Assembly (NCBI GenBank): GCA_964016885.1 | Contig: OZ024748.1 | Span: 51,336,001-51,400,000 of the forward strand | DNA length: 64,000 bases | Direction of reading: 5' to 3' | Source of the DNA: Eledone cirrhosa | Lineage: Eukaryota | Shown: one piece after another, positions 52,521 through 64,000 of the stretch | Numbering within the stretch: position 1 is the first letter of the stretch | Layout: the number at the start of each line of letters is the position of its first letter | Position numbers and translations under genes: made by a program | Notes under the pieces: model-generated | Database searches by the model: none | The model's input: only the letters and a program-made list of their open reading frames with translations | Told to the model about the DNA's origin: nothing

Positions 52521-52897
52521 CTGTCCAGTACTAAAAATATTATCAACATTTGAATTATCAAACACATTTTCAGATATTTTCTGTGAAATCATTACAGGAT
52601 ATTAAGAAATAAACCTATGTAGTTGTTGATGTTGTTATTGTTAATGCTCTGTAGCTACTTATTGATAAGACCTTAGATCAAAGCATCCAACCATGACTAT
52701 CAAACTTTATTCAGGTATTTTCAGTCATCAATCTATGTGATATTAGATATTTTCTGTTAAAACAACCATTGTATGATTTAACCCTTTTGATACAAAACTG
52801 CAAAAGACGCCACTAATTTTAAAGTGGTAATATATATCTAAAAATTAACCATCATTATGTAAGAACGCTTGATATGTTATATTCCATATATTGATTT

Positions 52898-53118
52898 GCC
52901 CTTTCGCATTTAAACCAGTTGTATCTGGCCAGAGTTCTCTCACCTCTTTCTGTTCAAACCGGCCATATCTGACTGCTCATATTTATGTTAAGGTATTGTT
53001 CTCAAAATAAATAATATCAAAATCTCATAAATTTGATATGATGAGATAATTATGTGCGGTAAAGCCATGAAAATACGACAGTAAATATAGAGTAATGTAA
53101 ATCAATAATGAAAAGGTT
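52898..53118. mobile_element. piggyBac-like MITE, degenerate copy
   Basis: Body nearly colinear with 53244-53473. Confidence 0.65.
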
Positions 53119-53243
53119 ATTTATATTACTAAATCTTTTCCAAGTTTAAATTATTTTCACTAAAAAGGAACTGAAACTTGACTGCTATTTCTAGAATTTT
53201 GGGTAAAATGGCAATGTAAAGACTCTATTGTCATGAAACATAT

Positions 53244-53473
53244 TTAACCCTTTAGCATTTAAACTAGCCATATCTGGTCAGAATTCTCTCACCTCTTTCT
53301 GCTCAAACTGGCTATAACTGGCCACTCATACTAATATTAAGGTATTGTTCTCAAAATAAATAATAATCAAAATCTCATAGATTCAATATTATGTGAGATA
53401 ATCATGTAAGATAAAGCCTTCACTGTGAAAATATGATAGTAAATATAGAGTAATGTAAATGGTAAAGGGTTGA
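53244..53473. mobile_element. piggyBac-like MITE
   Basis: TTAA-CCCTTTAGCATTTA...TAAATGGTAAAGGG-TTGA. Confidence 0.75.
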
Positions 53474-53560
53474 GATGATGTTTGCTTGGCAGCAGAATTG
53501 ATACAGAAACGGACTAAACAACATTGTTTTGTTTTGTGTTCATTTTATGCGTTTTGATTG

Positions 53561-53711
53561 GGCGGTGGATTTGCAGTATCAGTAGAGGGTCAGACACCAC
53601 GTTTTGCAGCATAGAGTTACGGCCCTTTATGATCTGAGTCCAAATTTAGTCGAGGTTAACTTTGCCTTTCATCCTTACAGGGTCGATAAAATAAAGTACC
53701 AGTCACGCACT
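53561..53711 (+). mobile_element. SINE family A, 3'-truncated
   Basis: Head and core match the consensus. Confidence 0.85.
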
Positions 53712-54315
53712 CGTATATATTCCAAATTTGTCATGGTTTTTATGGCTGGGCAACTTTCTTAATACCAACCATCTTACATTGTGTATTTGGGATTGTCACT
53801 ATTCATGGCACCAACACTACAACTTTACAGAGTGGATTGCATGTGTTTTATAGTAGTGTTGTACTACCATTTTACATGGTGCAATAGACATGCTTCATCA
53901 TGGCAATAGCAATAGAAAGGATGTCATATGATCCTCCAGACAGAAAAGTTCTCTTAGACACTATATTATCTCTGATAAATCACCAAACACTATAGCATCC
54001 AGTCTCAGCATGTAGAACTTTTAATGATGAATGTTTCTTTTGTAAATCACCAATTTGCATGGTCCTGTGTCATCACTCATGAAGTTAAGAGATTTTTTTA
54101 AGTCATTCCTCACAACTTTATTCCTTATTCTCCCTCTTCCTGAGATTCCATCCCCACGAAACCCTTCTAATTTCAGATACAACCTTTATTCCCCTTTCAC
54201 ATGACATGCCCACCCAGTAAAATCATATTTCTTACAATTCCTCAAATGCAGTTATGCTCTGTCATTCATATATGCTAACATTACACATGAAGTGAAGCAC
54301 ATTTTTTCATATCTT

Positions 54316-54706
54316 TTAACCCTTTAGCATTCACATTATTTTAGGTGGATTGGCAGTATCGGTAGAGGGTCAGACGCCATGCTTTCCAGCATAGTTACGT
54401 CCCTTTACAATCTGAGTTCAAATCCCGTCGAGGTTAACTTTGCCTTTCATCCTTACGGGGGTCGATAAAATAAAGTACCAGTAATGCACTGGGTAATTGC
54501 TGGCCTTGTGCCAAAAGTAGAAACAATTATTTTATATATACTATTATATTTTCATGGTAAAGGCATTATCACACATAATATCGAATCTATGCGATTTTGA
54601 GAACAATACCTTATCATCAGTTTGAGCAACCAGTTACAGCCAGTTTCAACAGAAAGAGGTAGAGAATTCTGGCCGGTTTTGGGCGGTTTGAACACTAAAG
54701 GGTTAA
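54316..54706. mobile_element. piggyBac-like MITE interrupted by a young SINE A (54344-54531)
   Basis: TTAA-CCCTTTAGCATTCA...TGAACACTAAAGGG-TTAA; the SINE is flanked by ATTATTTT on both sides. Confidence 0.85.
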
Positions 54707-54754
54707 ACTGCCATTAATTTTCTGTACTCAAAGAACATGCCTCAGTGCTTTGCA

Positions 54755-54803
<49 letters not shown>

Positions 54804-54825
54804 TATATATATACACATATACACA

Positions 54826-57198
54826 TCCCTCCCCCATGAAGAATGCACCTCCCAACATAGACTGATAATTAGCGACCTCATAGTCAGGACGAGACGTACC
54901 CGACAGCAGAAGAGGACTATCCTCAGGAGGAAAATATGGAAACTAAAGGACCCCACAGCCAGAAATAAATTTCAAAGCATATTGCTTGATGCTTTCGACA
55001 GTAAGGAAGAGCATCTAGAATCGGACAATATAGAGGGACAGTGGAAATTTCTGAAAGCAAACCTGCTGTTGGCGACAGACGAAGTCTGTGGCTGGAGCAG
55101 GCCTGTAGGCAGGAGGAGAGTAACATGGTGGTGGAACAATAGGGTGGAGGGGTCAATTAAGGCCAAAAAGCAGGCTTGGAAAGTATGGCGGGATGGGGGA
55201 AGTAGAGTAGACTATCAAGTGGCCAGGAGGGAAGCTAGGAGAGAAGTGTACTTAGCAAGAAGGGAAGCTGAGGAAAGAAAGTTCAAGCATGTTCTACAAC
55301 GCGATGACCAAAAACGTGAGGTGTTCAGGATTGCCAGGCAATGCGTCAAGGAAAACCGTGATATTGTCGGGGAGAAGTGTGTACTTAACGATGATGGCAT
55401 ACTTGCCATCACCGACACTGATAAGAAGGTAGCTTGGAAGTGTCACTATGAAAGGCTACTAAATGAGGAGAATAAATGGGAGAAAGACAGTCTCCCCCAT
55501 ATCGACCCGATAGAGGGACCAGCAGTGTTAGTCGAGGGGAGTATAATAAGTAAGGCAATCAAGGATATGAAGACTGGTAAGGCGGCTGGGCCTTCGGAAA
55601 TAGTTGCTGAGATGCTGAAGGCATCTGGCACGGTGGGACACACCATGGTCACCCGCATAGTTAACCAAGTCGTACAGAATGGGGTTGTTCCGAAGGACTG
55701 GCATAGCAGCATCATCGTTAAATGTTATAAGGGTAAAGGAGACACCCTAGATAGGAGTAACTATAGAGGCATTAAATTAATCAACCAGGTCATGAAGGTC
55801 ACGGAAAAAGTAATAGCGCAACTAATCAGAGAGAGAAATGATCTAGATGAAATGCAGTTCGGGTTTGTGTCAGGCAAAAGCACCACAGACGCTCTTTTCA
55901 TAGTACGACAACTACAGGAGAAGTACCTAGCTAAAGGTAAACCCCTCTACTTAGCTTTTGTCGACTTGGAGAAAGCCTTCGACAGAGTCCCCCGCTCCAT
56001 TATCTGGTGGGCTCTTAGAAAACTAGGCGTTGACGAATGGCTTGTGAGGGCTATACAAGCCATGTATAAAGAAACAGTCAGCAAGGTTAGAATTAACAAC
56101 GAATATAGTGAAGAGTTTAGCGTAAAAGTTGGCGTCCATCAGGGCTCTGTTCTCAGCCCCCTACTATTTATTATTGCCCTTCAGGCTATAACAGAGGAGT
56201 TCAAGACAGGCTGCCCATGGGAACTCCTATACACAGACGACCTGACACTCATAGCGGAATCAATGGCCGAGCTAGAGAAGAAATTCCAAACATGGAAGCA
56301 CGGCCTAGAGTCAAAAGGACTTAAAATTAACCTGGCTAAGACCAAAGTTCTAGTTTGTAGGAAAGAAAACAAGGCGGCGGTCCCTTCTGGGAAATGGTCG
56401 TGCTCGGTATGTAGGAAAGGCGTAGGTAGAAACTCCATCTTATGTCCTAAATGCAAAGTATGGGTGCATAAAAGATGTAGTGGGATCACAGGTAAGCTAA
56501 CTAAGAACATAGACTTTACATGTGGCCGGTGTTCTGGTGCAATAAGTAGCAGCAAGTGCCCACAAAATACTAGCTCTTTCAATTGCGCAGAGGGTTCTAT
56601 AGAAATAGTGGACAGCTTCCGTTACCTGGGCGATAAAATCAGCAGTGGGGGAGGGTGCTCTGAAAGTACTGTAGCTAGAGTCAGAACTGGTTGGAAAAAG
56701 TTCAGAGAGCTTATACCACTATTAGCTGCTAAAGGGTTCTCCCTAAAAATGAAAGGCAGGTTGTACGATGCCTGCATACGAACAACAATGTTGCATGGTA
56801 GTGAGACCTGGGCATTGTGTGCAGAGGATATACGCAGACTAGAGAGGAACGAAGCTTGCATGCTCCGCTGGATGTGTAACAGTAATATACGTGAACGGCA
56901 AAGCATAAACGAACTAAGGAAAAAATTAGAGATAAGAGGGATCAGATGTTGTTTACTCGAGAGAAGGCTGCGTTGGTATGGACACGTGATGCGCATGAAA
57001 GTCGATAGCTGTATTACAAAGTGCAGGGCAATAAAGATAGACGGTAGCCACGGAATAGGCAGACCTAGAAAAACATGGGATGAGCTGATAAACTCCGACC
57101 TCACACACTTACACCTCTCCAAGACAATGTCACTGGACCGTGACCTTTGGCGGTACTCAGTAACAGAGAAGACCCGCCTTGCCAGTAGGCATCTCTAA
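54826..57198 (+). CDS. RTE-clade LINE ORF, 5'-truncated (end of APE endonuclease, reverse transcriptase, internal PHD-type finger)
   Basis: 790 uninterrupted codons. Motifs: SQHRLI (end of endonuclease), NYRGIKL, QFGF, FVDLEKAFDRVPR, GVHQGSVLSPLLF, YTDD, FRYLG, RLRWYGHVMR, GRPRKTW. The upstream 27 codons in the ORF track are flank and microsatellite. Confidence 0.95.
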   Translation, partial: SLPHEECTSQHRLIISDLIVRTRRTRQQKRTILRRKIWKLKDPTARNKFQSILLDAFDSKEEHLESDNIEGQWKFLKANLLLATDEVCGWSRPVGRRRVTWWWNNRVEGSIKAKKQAWKVWRDGGSRVDYQVARREARREVYLARREAEERKFKHVLQRDDQKREVFRIARQCVKENRDIVGEKCVLNDDGILAITDTDKKVAWKCHYERLLNEENKWEKDSLPHIDPIEGPAVLVEGSIISKAIKDMKTGKAAGPSEIVAEMLKASGTVGHTMVTRIVNQVVQNGVVPKDWHSSIIVKCYKGKGDTLDRSNYRGIKLINQVMKVTEKVIAQLIRERNDLDEMQFGFVSGKSTTDALFIVRQLQEKYLAKGKPLYLAFVDLEKAFDRVPRSIIWWALRKLGVDEWLVRAIQAMYKETVSKVRINNEYSEEFSVKVGVHQGSVLSPLLFIIALQAITEEFKTGCPWELLYTDDLTLIAESMAELEKKFQTWKHGLESKGLKINLAKTKVLVCRKENKAAVPSGKWSCSVCRKGVGRNSILCPKCKVWVHKRCSGITGKLTKNIDFTCGRCSGAISSSKCPQNTSSFNCAEGSIEIVDSFRYLGDKISSGGGCSESTVARVRTGWKKFRELIPLLAAKGFSLKMKGRLYDACIRTTMLHGSETWALCAEDIRRLERNEACMLRWMCNSNIRERQSINELRKKLEIRGIRCCLLERRLRWYGHVMRMKVDSCITKCRAIKIDGSHGIGRPRKTWDELINSDLTHLHLSKTMSLDRDLWRYSVTEKTRLASRHL

Positions 57199-57560
57199 CA
57201 AACTACACCCCATCCCGCCACCACCCCCACCCCATCCACACCACCCCGTTCCATGTAAAGTTATGTTGGTGCCGCGCCATCCAGGCCGAAACAAACGAGA
57301 TCGTGTAGGTGTCACGACAAAAAAACACACAGTCCACGCTGTAATGTGGCCGTGTAGGCAACACGGTAAAAACCTCCCAGACCCACACTGTAAATGTGGT
57401 TGGTGTTAGGAAGGGCATCCAACTGTAGAAAACCTGCCAGACAGTCCTATGCGAGCAAGACAATCACTCTTGCCTCAAGTGGGAAAACCCCCGTCCAAAC
57501 CCATGCAAGCGTGGAACACGGACGTTAAACGTTGATGATGATGATGATGATGATGATGAT
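54826..57560 (+). mobile_element. Young 5'-truncated RTE LINE with ~340-bp 3' UTR and (GAT)n tail
   Basis: ORF above; the UTR ends CCCATGCAAGCGTGGAACACGGACGTTAAACGTT(GAT)n; no clear TSD seen. Confidence 0.95.
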
Positions 57561-57601
57561 ATAAAGTTGTAGATTTTGAATATATATATCTGCTATTTTA
57601 C

Positions 57602-57651
57602 ATAGCTATATACATTTTTGTGTATATATACACAAAAATGTATATAGCTAT
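57602..57651. repeat. Perfect 50-bp palindrome
   Basis: ATAGCTATATACATTTTTGTGTATA|TATACACAAAAATGTATATAGCTAT. Confidence 0.95.
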
Positions 57652-57678
57652 ATAACAAGGCATATATGTAAGCATAAC

Positions 57679-57727
<49 letters not shown>

Positions 57728-57732
57728 ATAAC

Positions 57733-57789
<57 letters not shown>

Positions 57790-57796
57790 AACATAA

Positions 57797-58015
<219 letters not shown>

Positions 58016-58264
58016 TCACAATATATATATATATACATATATTTTGTGGAGCAAGAGACTCCTAGTCTTCATTTAGACATCGCTCTAGGAGAAGGTCACT
58101 CTGATATAAACCCTGCAACTTCTTCTGCATCCAATGATGTAGACAAGTCCTTCCTTTTGAGCAAATGCAATCAATGTTCAGAGAGTGGGATTTGCTTCGG
58201 GCGAAGCATTTCCTCACTTAAAAAAGCTTCAAGCACAGACATTACTCGAAATCGAGTTGCAGGC

Positions 58265-58583
58265 ATCATCATCATCATCATTTCATTTTACGTCCACTTT
58301 TCCCTGCTTGCAAGGGTGAGACGGGAACTGAATCTGGCTTGATTTCTACAGCTGGATGCCCTTCCTAACACCAACCTCATTTACAGTGAGTACTGGGTGC
58401 TTTTTTGCCGTGGCACCTCCACGACCACTTTGCAGTGGAATGATAGGGACCCCAGTCCCTATCATCTCATTTATACAGCTGAGTAAACTGGAGCAATGTG
58501 AAATAAAGTGTCTTGCTCAAGGAAACAACACATCACCCAGTCCGAGAATTGAACTCACAACCTTTCGATTGCCATGTGCCTCC
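58265..58583 (-). mobile_element. SINE family B with a small deletion in the head
   Basis: Reverse complement of the family B consensus. Confidence 0.9.
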
Positions 58584-58774
58584 ATATATATATGTGAGCA
58601 GATATGTAACATATCATATGTATATATGCATGATATACAAGTTTATATGTATATATATAGAGATATTTATATATTATATAATCAATCAGAATCAGGTTTT
58701 GAATGTAAACCATTATCAAATACTGTCATTTATGAACATTATGTTTGTGTGAGCATATAAATAGATACATCCAT

Positions 58775-58837
<63 letters not shown>

Positions 58838-60112
58838 AACATTGTAAGGCATGATAAATTGTCTGGTTGCGTACCGGATCCTCTATATAAGTGTGTGTGT
58901 ATTTTAGTGTCTGTCTGTTGTGTGTATATGTAGTATGTGTTTGATAATGTGGAAGTATTTCACTTTAGTCAACCCAACTAATTAACTCCCAATTGTTGTA
59001 CAAATCTTCCCACTTTCAGTAAAATTTCATATCGATAGAAAGTTCCATTTAACATGAAGAATTTACAGCAAATGGGGGAATAGAAGAGAGAGAAATTAAC
59101 CATTGTTTCTTTATTCCAATCAATGATGCAAGGATCATTAGAATATGAAATGAACTATTAAACTGTTTTCATTGAGTTATTATTTGTATTTTTTTTTATA
59201 TATGTAATTTAAATATTTCTATGTATTATTTATGTTTCTTCATCAGCATCTTCTTCATTTTCGTCATTAGCAACTTCATTTACTGGCAAATACATTGTCA
59301 TGTATCTATCTCCATGGAATTGAACTCGAGATATAAAAAGGTAGGATGTGCTTTGCTCTGCACTTGAAATGCTAGTTAATATCAAGGTTTGTAATACTTT
59401 AATTAGCTCTTTTTAAAAGCAAAGCAAATTTATTTTGTGTGTGTGTAGAAGAGAGGGATTGTAATGACCCAATAAAACTATGTGTGGGTATATATATATA
59501 TATATTTATTTAAATATGTATATACATATATATGTATATACATATTTAAATATATAATGATATATATATATATATATACATATTTAAATATATAAATATA
59601 TATATATATATATACATATTTAAATATATAAATATATAGATATATATAATGCTATATATATATATATATACATGCATATTTATATTTATATATGTATATA
59701 TATTTAAATATATATATATATATACACATATTTATGTACATATATATATATATACATGTTTATGTACATATATATACATGCATATTTATGTACATATATA
59801 TATATATACATACATGTTTATGTACATATATATATATATACATACATATTTATGTACATATATATATACATACATATTTATGTACATATATACATATATA
59901 TTTATGTACATATATACATATATATTTATGTACATATATACATATATATTTATGTACATATATACATATATATTTATGTACATATATATATATACATATT
60001 TATGTACATATATGTATATATAGATATTTAAATATATATATATATACATATTTATGTACACAAACACATATATATATATATGTACATATATATATATTTA
60101 AATATATATATA

Positions 60113-60183
60113 TCATCATCATTTTACATCCGCTTTTCCCTGCTTGCAAGGGTTGGATGGGTCCTATTCAGCACAGCATCTCA

Positions 60184-60186
<3 letters not shown>
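60113..60186 (-). mobile_element. RTE tail-only insertion within (TA)n
   Basis: CATCATCATTTTACATCCGCTTTTCCCTGCTTGCAAGGGTTGGATGGGTCCTATTCAGCACAGC matches 42845-42910. Confidence 0.85.
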
Positions 60187-60243
<57 letters not shown>

Positions 60244-60254
60244 GTATATACATG

Positions 60255-60334
<80 letters not shown>

Positions 60335-60699
60335 TATATACATACATATACATACATGTATATACATACATATATATACATTTATACATATACATATATA
60401 TACATTTATACGTATACATATATATATATGTTTACATATATATATACATATATATACATACATGTATATGCATATACATATATATAGACACACACTTGCA
60501 TTCATATACATAGAGTTAAACCAAGATGAATACAGACACACAAAGTACCCTGCAACCACTCACATATATACACGTATACATAACATATAGGCCCAAGCTC
60601 ACAAACACACAGATATTCTTACACACACCCAAACACATACTCCCATACACACAAGCACACCCGGACACTCATGCACACACACTCACCTAGATACACACA

Positions 60700-61435
60700 C
60701 ACAAGCACACAGTGACACACACATAAGCACACACTGACACACACACACACACACAGAAGCACACACTGACACACTGACACACACACAGAAGCACACACTG
60801 ACACACTGACACACACACAGAAGCACACACTGACACACACACACACACACAGAAGCACACACTGACACACACACACACAGAACCACACACTGACACACAC
60901 ACAAAAGCACACACTGACACACACGCACACGGAAGCACACACTGACACACACACACACACACAGAAGCACACACTGACACACACACAGAAGCACACACTG
61001 ACACACACACACGCACAGAAGCACACACTGACACCCCCCCACACACACACACATAAGCACACACTGACACACACCCACACACACACACACACAGAAGCAC
61101 ACACTGACACCCCCACACAACACACACACACACAGAAGCACACACTGACACACACCCACACACACACACACAGAAGCACACACTGACACCCCCCCCCCCA
61201 CACACACACACACACAGAAGCACACACTGACACACACCCACACACACACACGCACAGAAGCACACACTGACACCCCCCCACACACACACACACACAGAAG
61301 CACACACTGACACACACCCACACACACACACACCCAGAAGCACACACTGACACCCCCCCCCCCACACACACAGAAGCACACAGAAGCACCCACCCACCCA
61401 CCCCCACACACAGAAGCACACACTGACACACACAT
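60700..61435 (+). repeat. Compound repeat GAAGCACACACTGA separated by variable (CA)n/Cn
   Basis: Roughly 20 units read directly. Confidence 0.9.
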
Positions 61436-61719
61436 ACATGGGCAATGCATTGAAATAATAGAAACATAAAATTAAAACTGAAAAATGAAGCGAGAGTAAA
61501 GCCAATTTTATAACGAGTGAGGTCAGACTTTGATGAATAACTCATGATTAATGAGAGTTAATTATCTCTAACGTGATTGTGTACAACAAAAATATTTTGA
61601 ATTAAATGGATCTCTATTGATACAATCTGTTTATCAACAGCACATTCATACATACATACACTCACACATGCATATATATACATAAACACGCACACACACA
61701 CACGAGCACACACATGCAC

Positions 61720-62623
<904 letters not shown>

Positions 62624-62720
62624 ATATATATATATATACAGAGAGAGAGAGAGAGAGATAGTGTGAGTGAAAGAGAGAGAAAAGAAAGGGAAAGAGAGAT
62701 GTCGGGTATGATTGTGTAAG

Positions 62721-62784
<64 letters not shown>

Positions 62785-64000
62785 GACACACATATACATA
62801 CATATATATATATATATACATATACCCATACACACTCTCTCTCAGAAATGTACACATTGATACCATCATAAATGCACACACATACACAAAATCTTTTATT
62901 CAGCAACATAAACCATTTAATTAAATTTTAGTTCATTATTTGTTTTATTACTATTATTATCATCATCATAATCATCAACATTGCTATCATTTTATACCAA
63001 AAAATTATATATATTTGTTTCCTTTTTATTTTGTTTTTTTAAACCATTTAATTTCTGTTTTGATTTTTTGGTTCTCTTATATGTATCTTTTTATTTATTT
63101 ATATATTTTTATTCATATATTTTATAATTTTTAAAAAATATTTTTCCTTCTTGTTCTTCTCACCAAAACTCTGGGCAACATCGAAGTGCTAATTGTCAGT
63201 TGACACAGCAATGAAGAATGCAGACTAATTATAATGAGAATTAATCAAAGAATGAATGAAGCTTCCATTTAACATTTTCCACAAGAGAGAGGTAGTAAAA
63301 TTTTTCCAACCAAACAACGTTTATAAAATAGACTAATTAAGAGAAAATGGAAGTGATTTTACCAATAGGAACTGATCAAGTCTTATTATTCTAAAGTTTG
63401 TTTTCATAAAGACTGCTTCCTGGATTATATTTGAAACAAAAACACCCATCCTCACCAAAAAATGAAGAAAAAAAAAACAATAACTGCTCACAGTGTTGTT
63501 GCTTTAAATTCTAACAGTTTTGTTGTTGTTGTTGTTTTTTTTCTATTGGAAATTTCTGAAATTGATTTTAAAATGTCTGGTTGACATTTTTAATTGTAAA
63601 ATAATATATTTTTTAAATATTTTTTTTTAAAACCTAATTTTCATTATTTTTTTTTTTTTATATTATTTTTTCTGGTAGGGGAGATAGCAATTTAATTTGA
63701 AGATGTTGTTATTGATGAACCAGGTTTTTTATTATATATATGTATATTGTTTTTTATTAATCTGTTATCATTAAACCTTTTGCCCAAAAGAAGCTGGTGG
63801 TGGTGGTGGTGCTGCTGATGGTGGTGGTGGGGGTGACAGCACAGATGATTTTGGCAATGATGGGTGAAAAAGTGACACAACCAATGGTGATAATGATCTC
63901 AAAGTAAAGATGGTCATGATGATGATGATGATGTAGCAAGGTCATAATGGTAGCTCTATTGATTACTATCTCTATCATAGTGATAATTATGATGGTGATG

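Noticed and set aside
54923-57122. Antisense ORFs within the RTE
   Set aside because: Shadow frames of the RT ORF with no independent motifs.

Overview
Eukaryotic, very AT-rich animal genomic DNA. The repeat repertoire (two tRNA-derived SINE families, RTE and Tx1 LINEs, massive (TA)n/(CA)n/(ATT)n microsatellites) points to a coleoid cephalopod, probably an octopod; this is recognised from repeat sequences, not from a database search. The window looks like a gene desert or giant intron. Nearly all ORFs in the supplied track are microsatellite artefacts. The only long real ORF is a young, 5'-truncated RTE-clade LINE (54826-57198; RT with an internal PHD-type finger and a YTDD motif). One unidentified candidate host exon lies at 1480-1563. 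The rest is about 20 copies or fragments of a ~190-bp SINE (family A), about 7 of a CORE-like SINE with an RTE tail (family B), LINE 3' fragments, TTAA-flanked piggyBac-like MITEs and several minisatellites. The most unusual signal is at 15.9-19.8 kb: a cluster of short non-coding elements embedded in (TA)n tracts. They carry minimal type-I hammerhead ribozyme motifs (one near intact at 17472-17510) and inverted/direct duplications reminiscent of Penelope-like pLTRs or retrozymes, including a 343-bp foldback whose apex lies in a hammerhead core. Several other palindromes are centred on (TA)n tracts. All coordinates were read by eye, so repeat boundaries are approximate.
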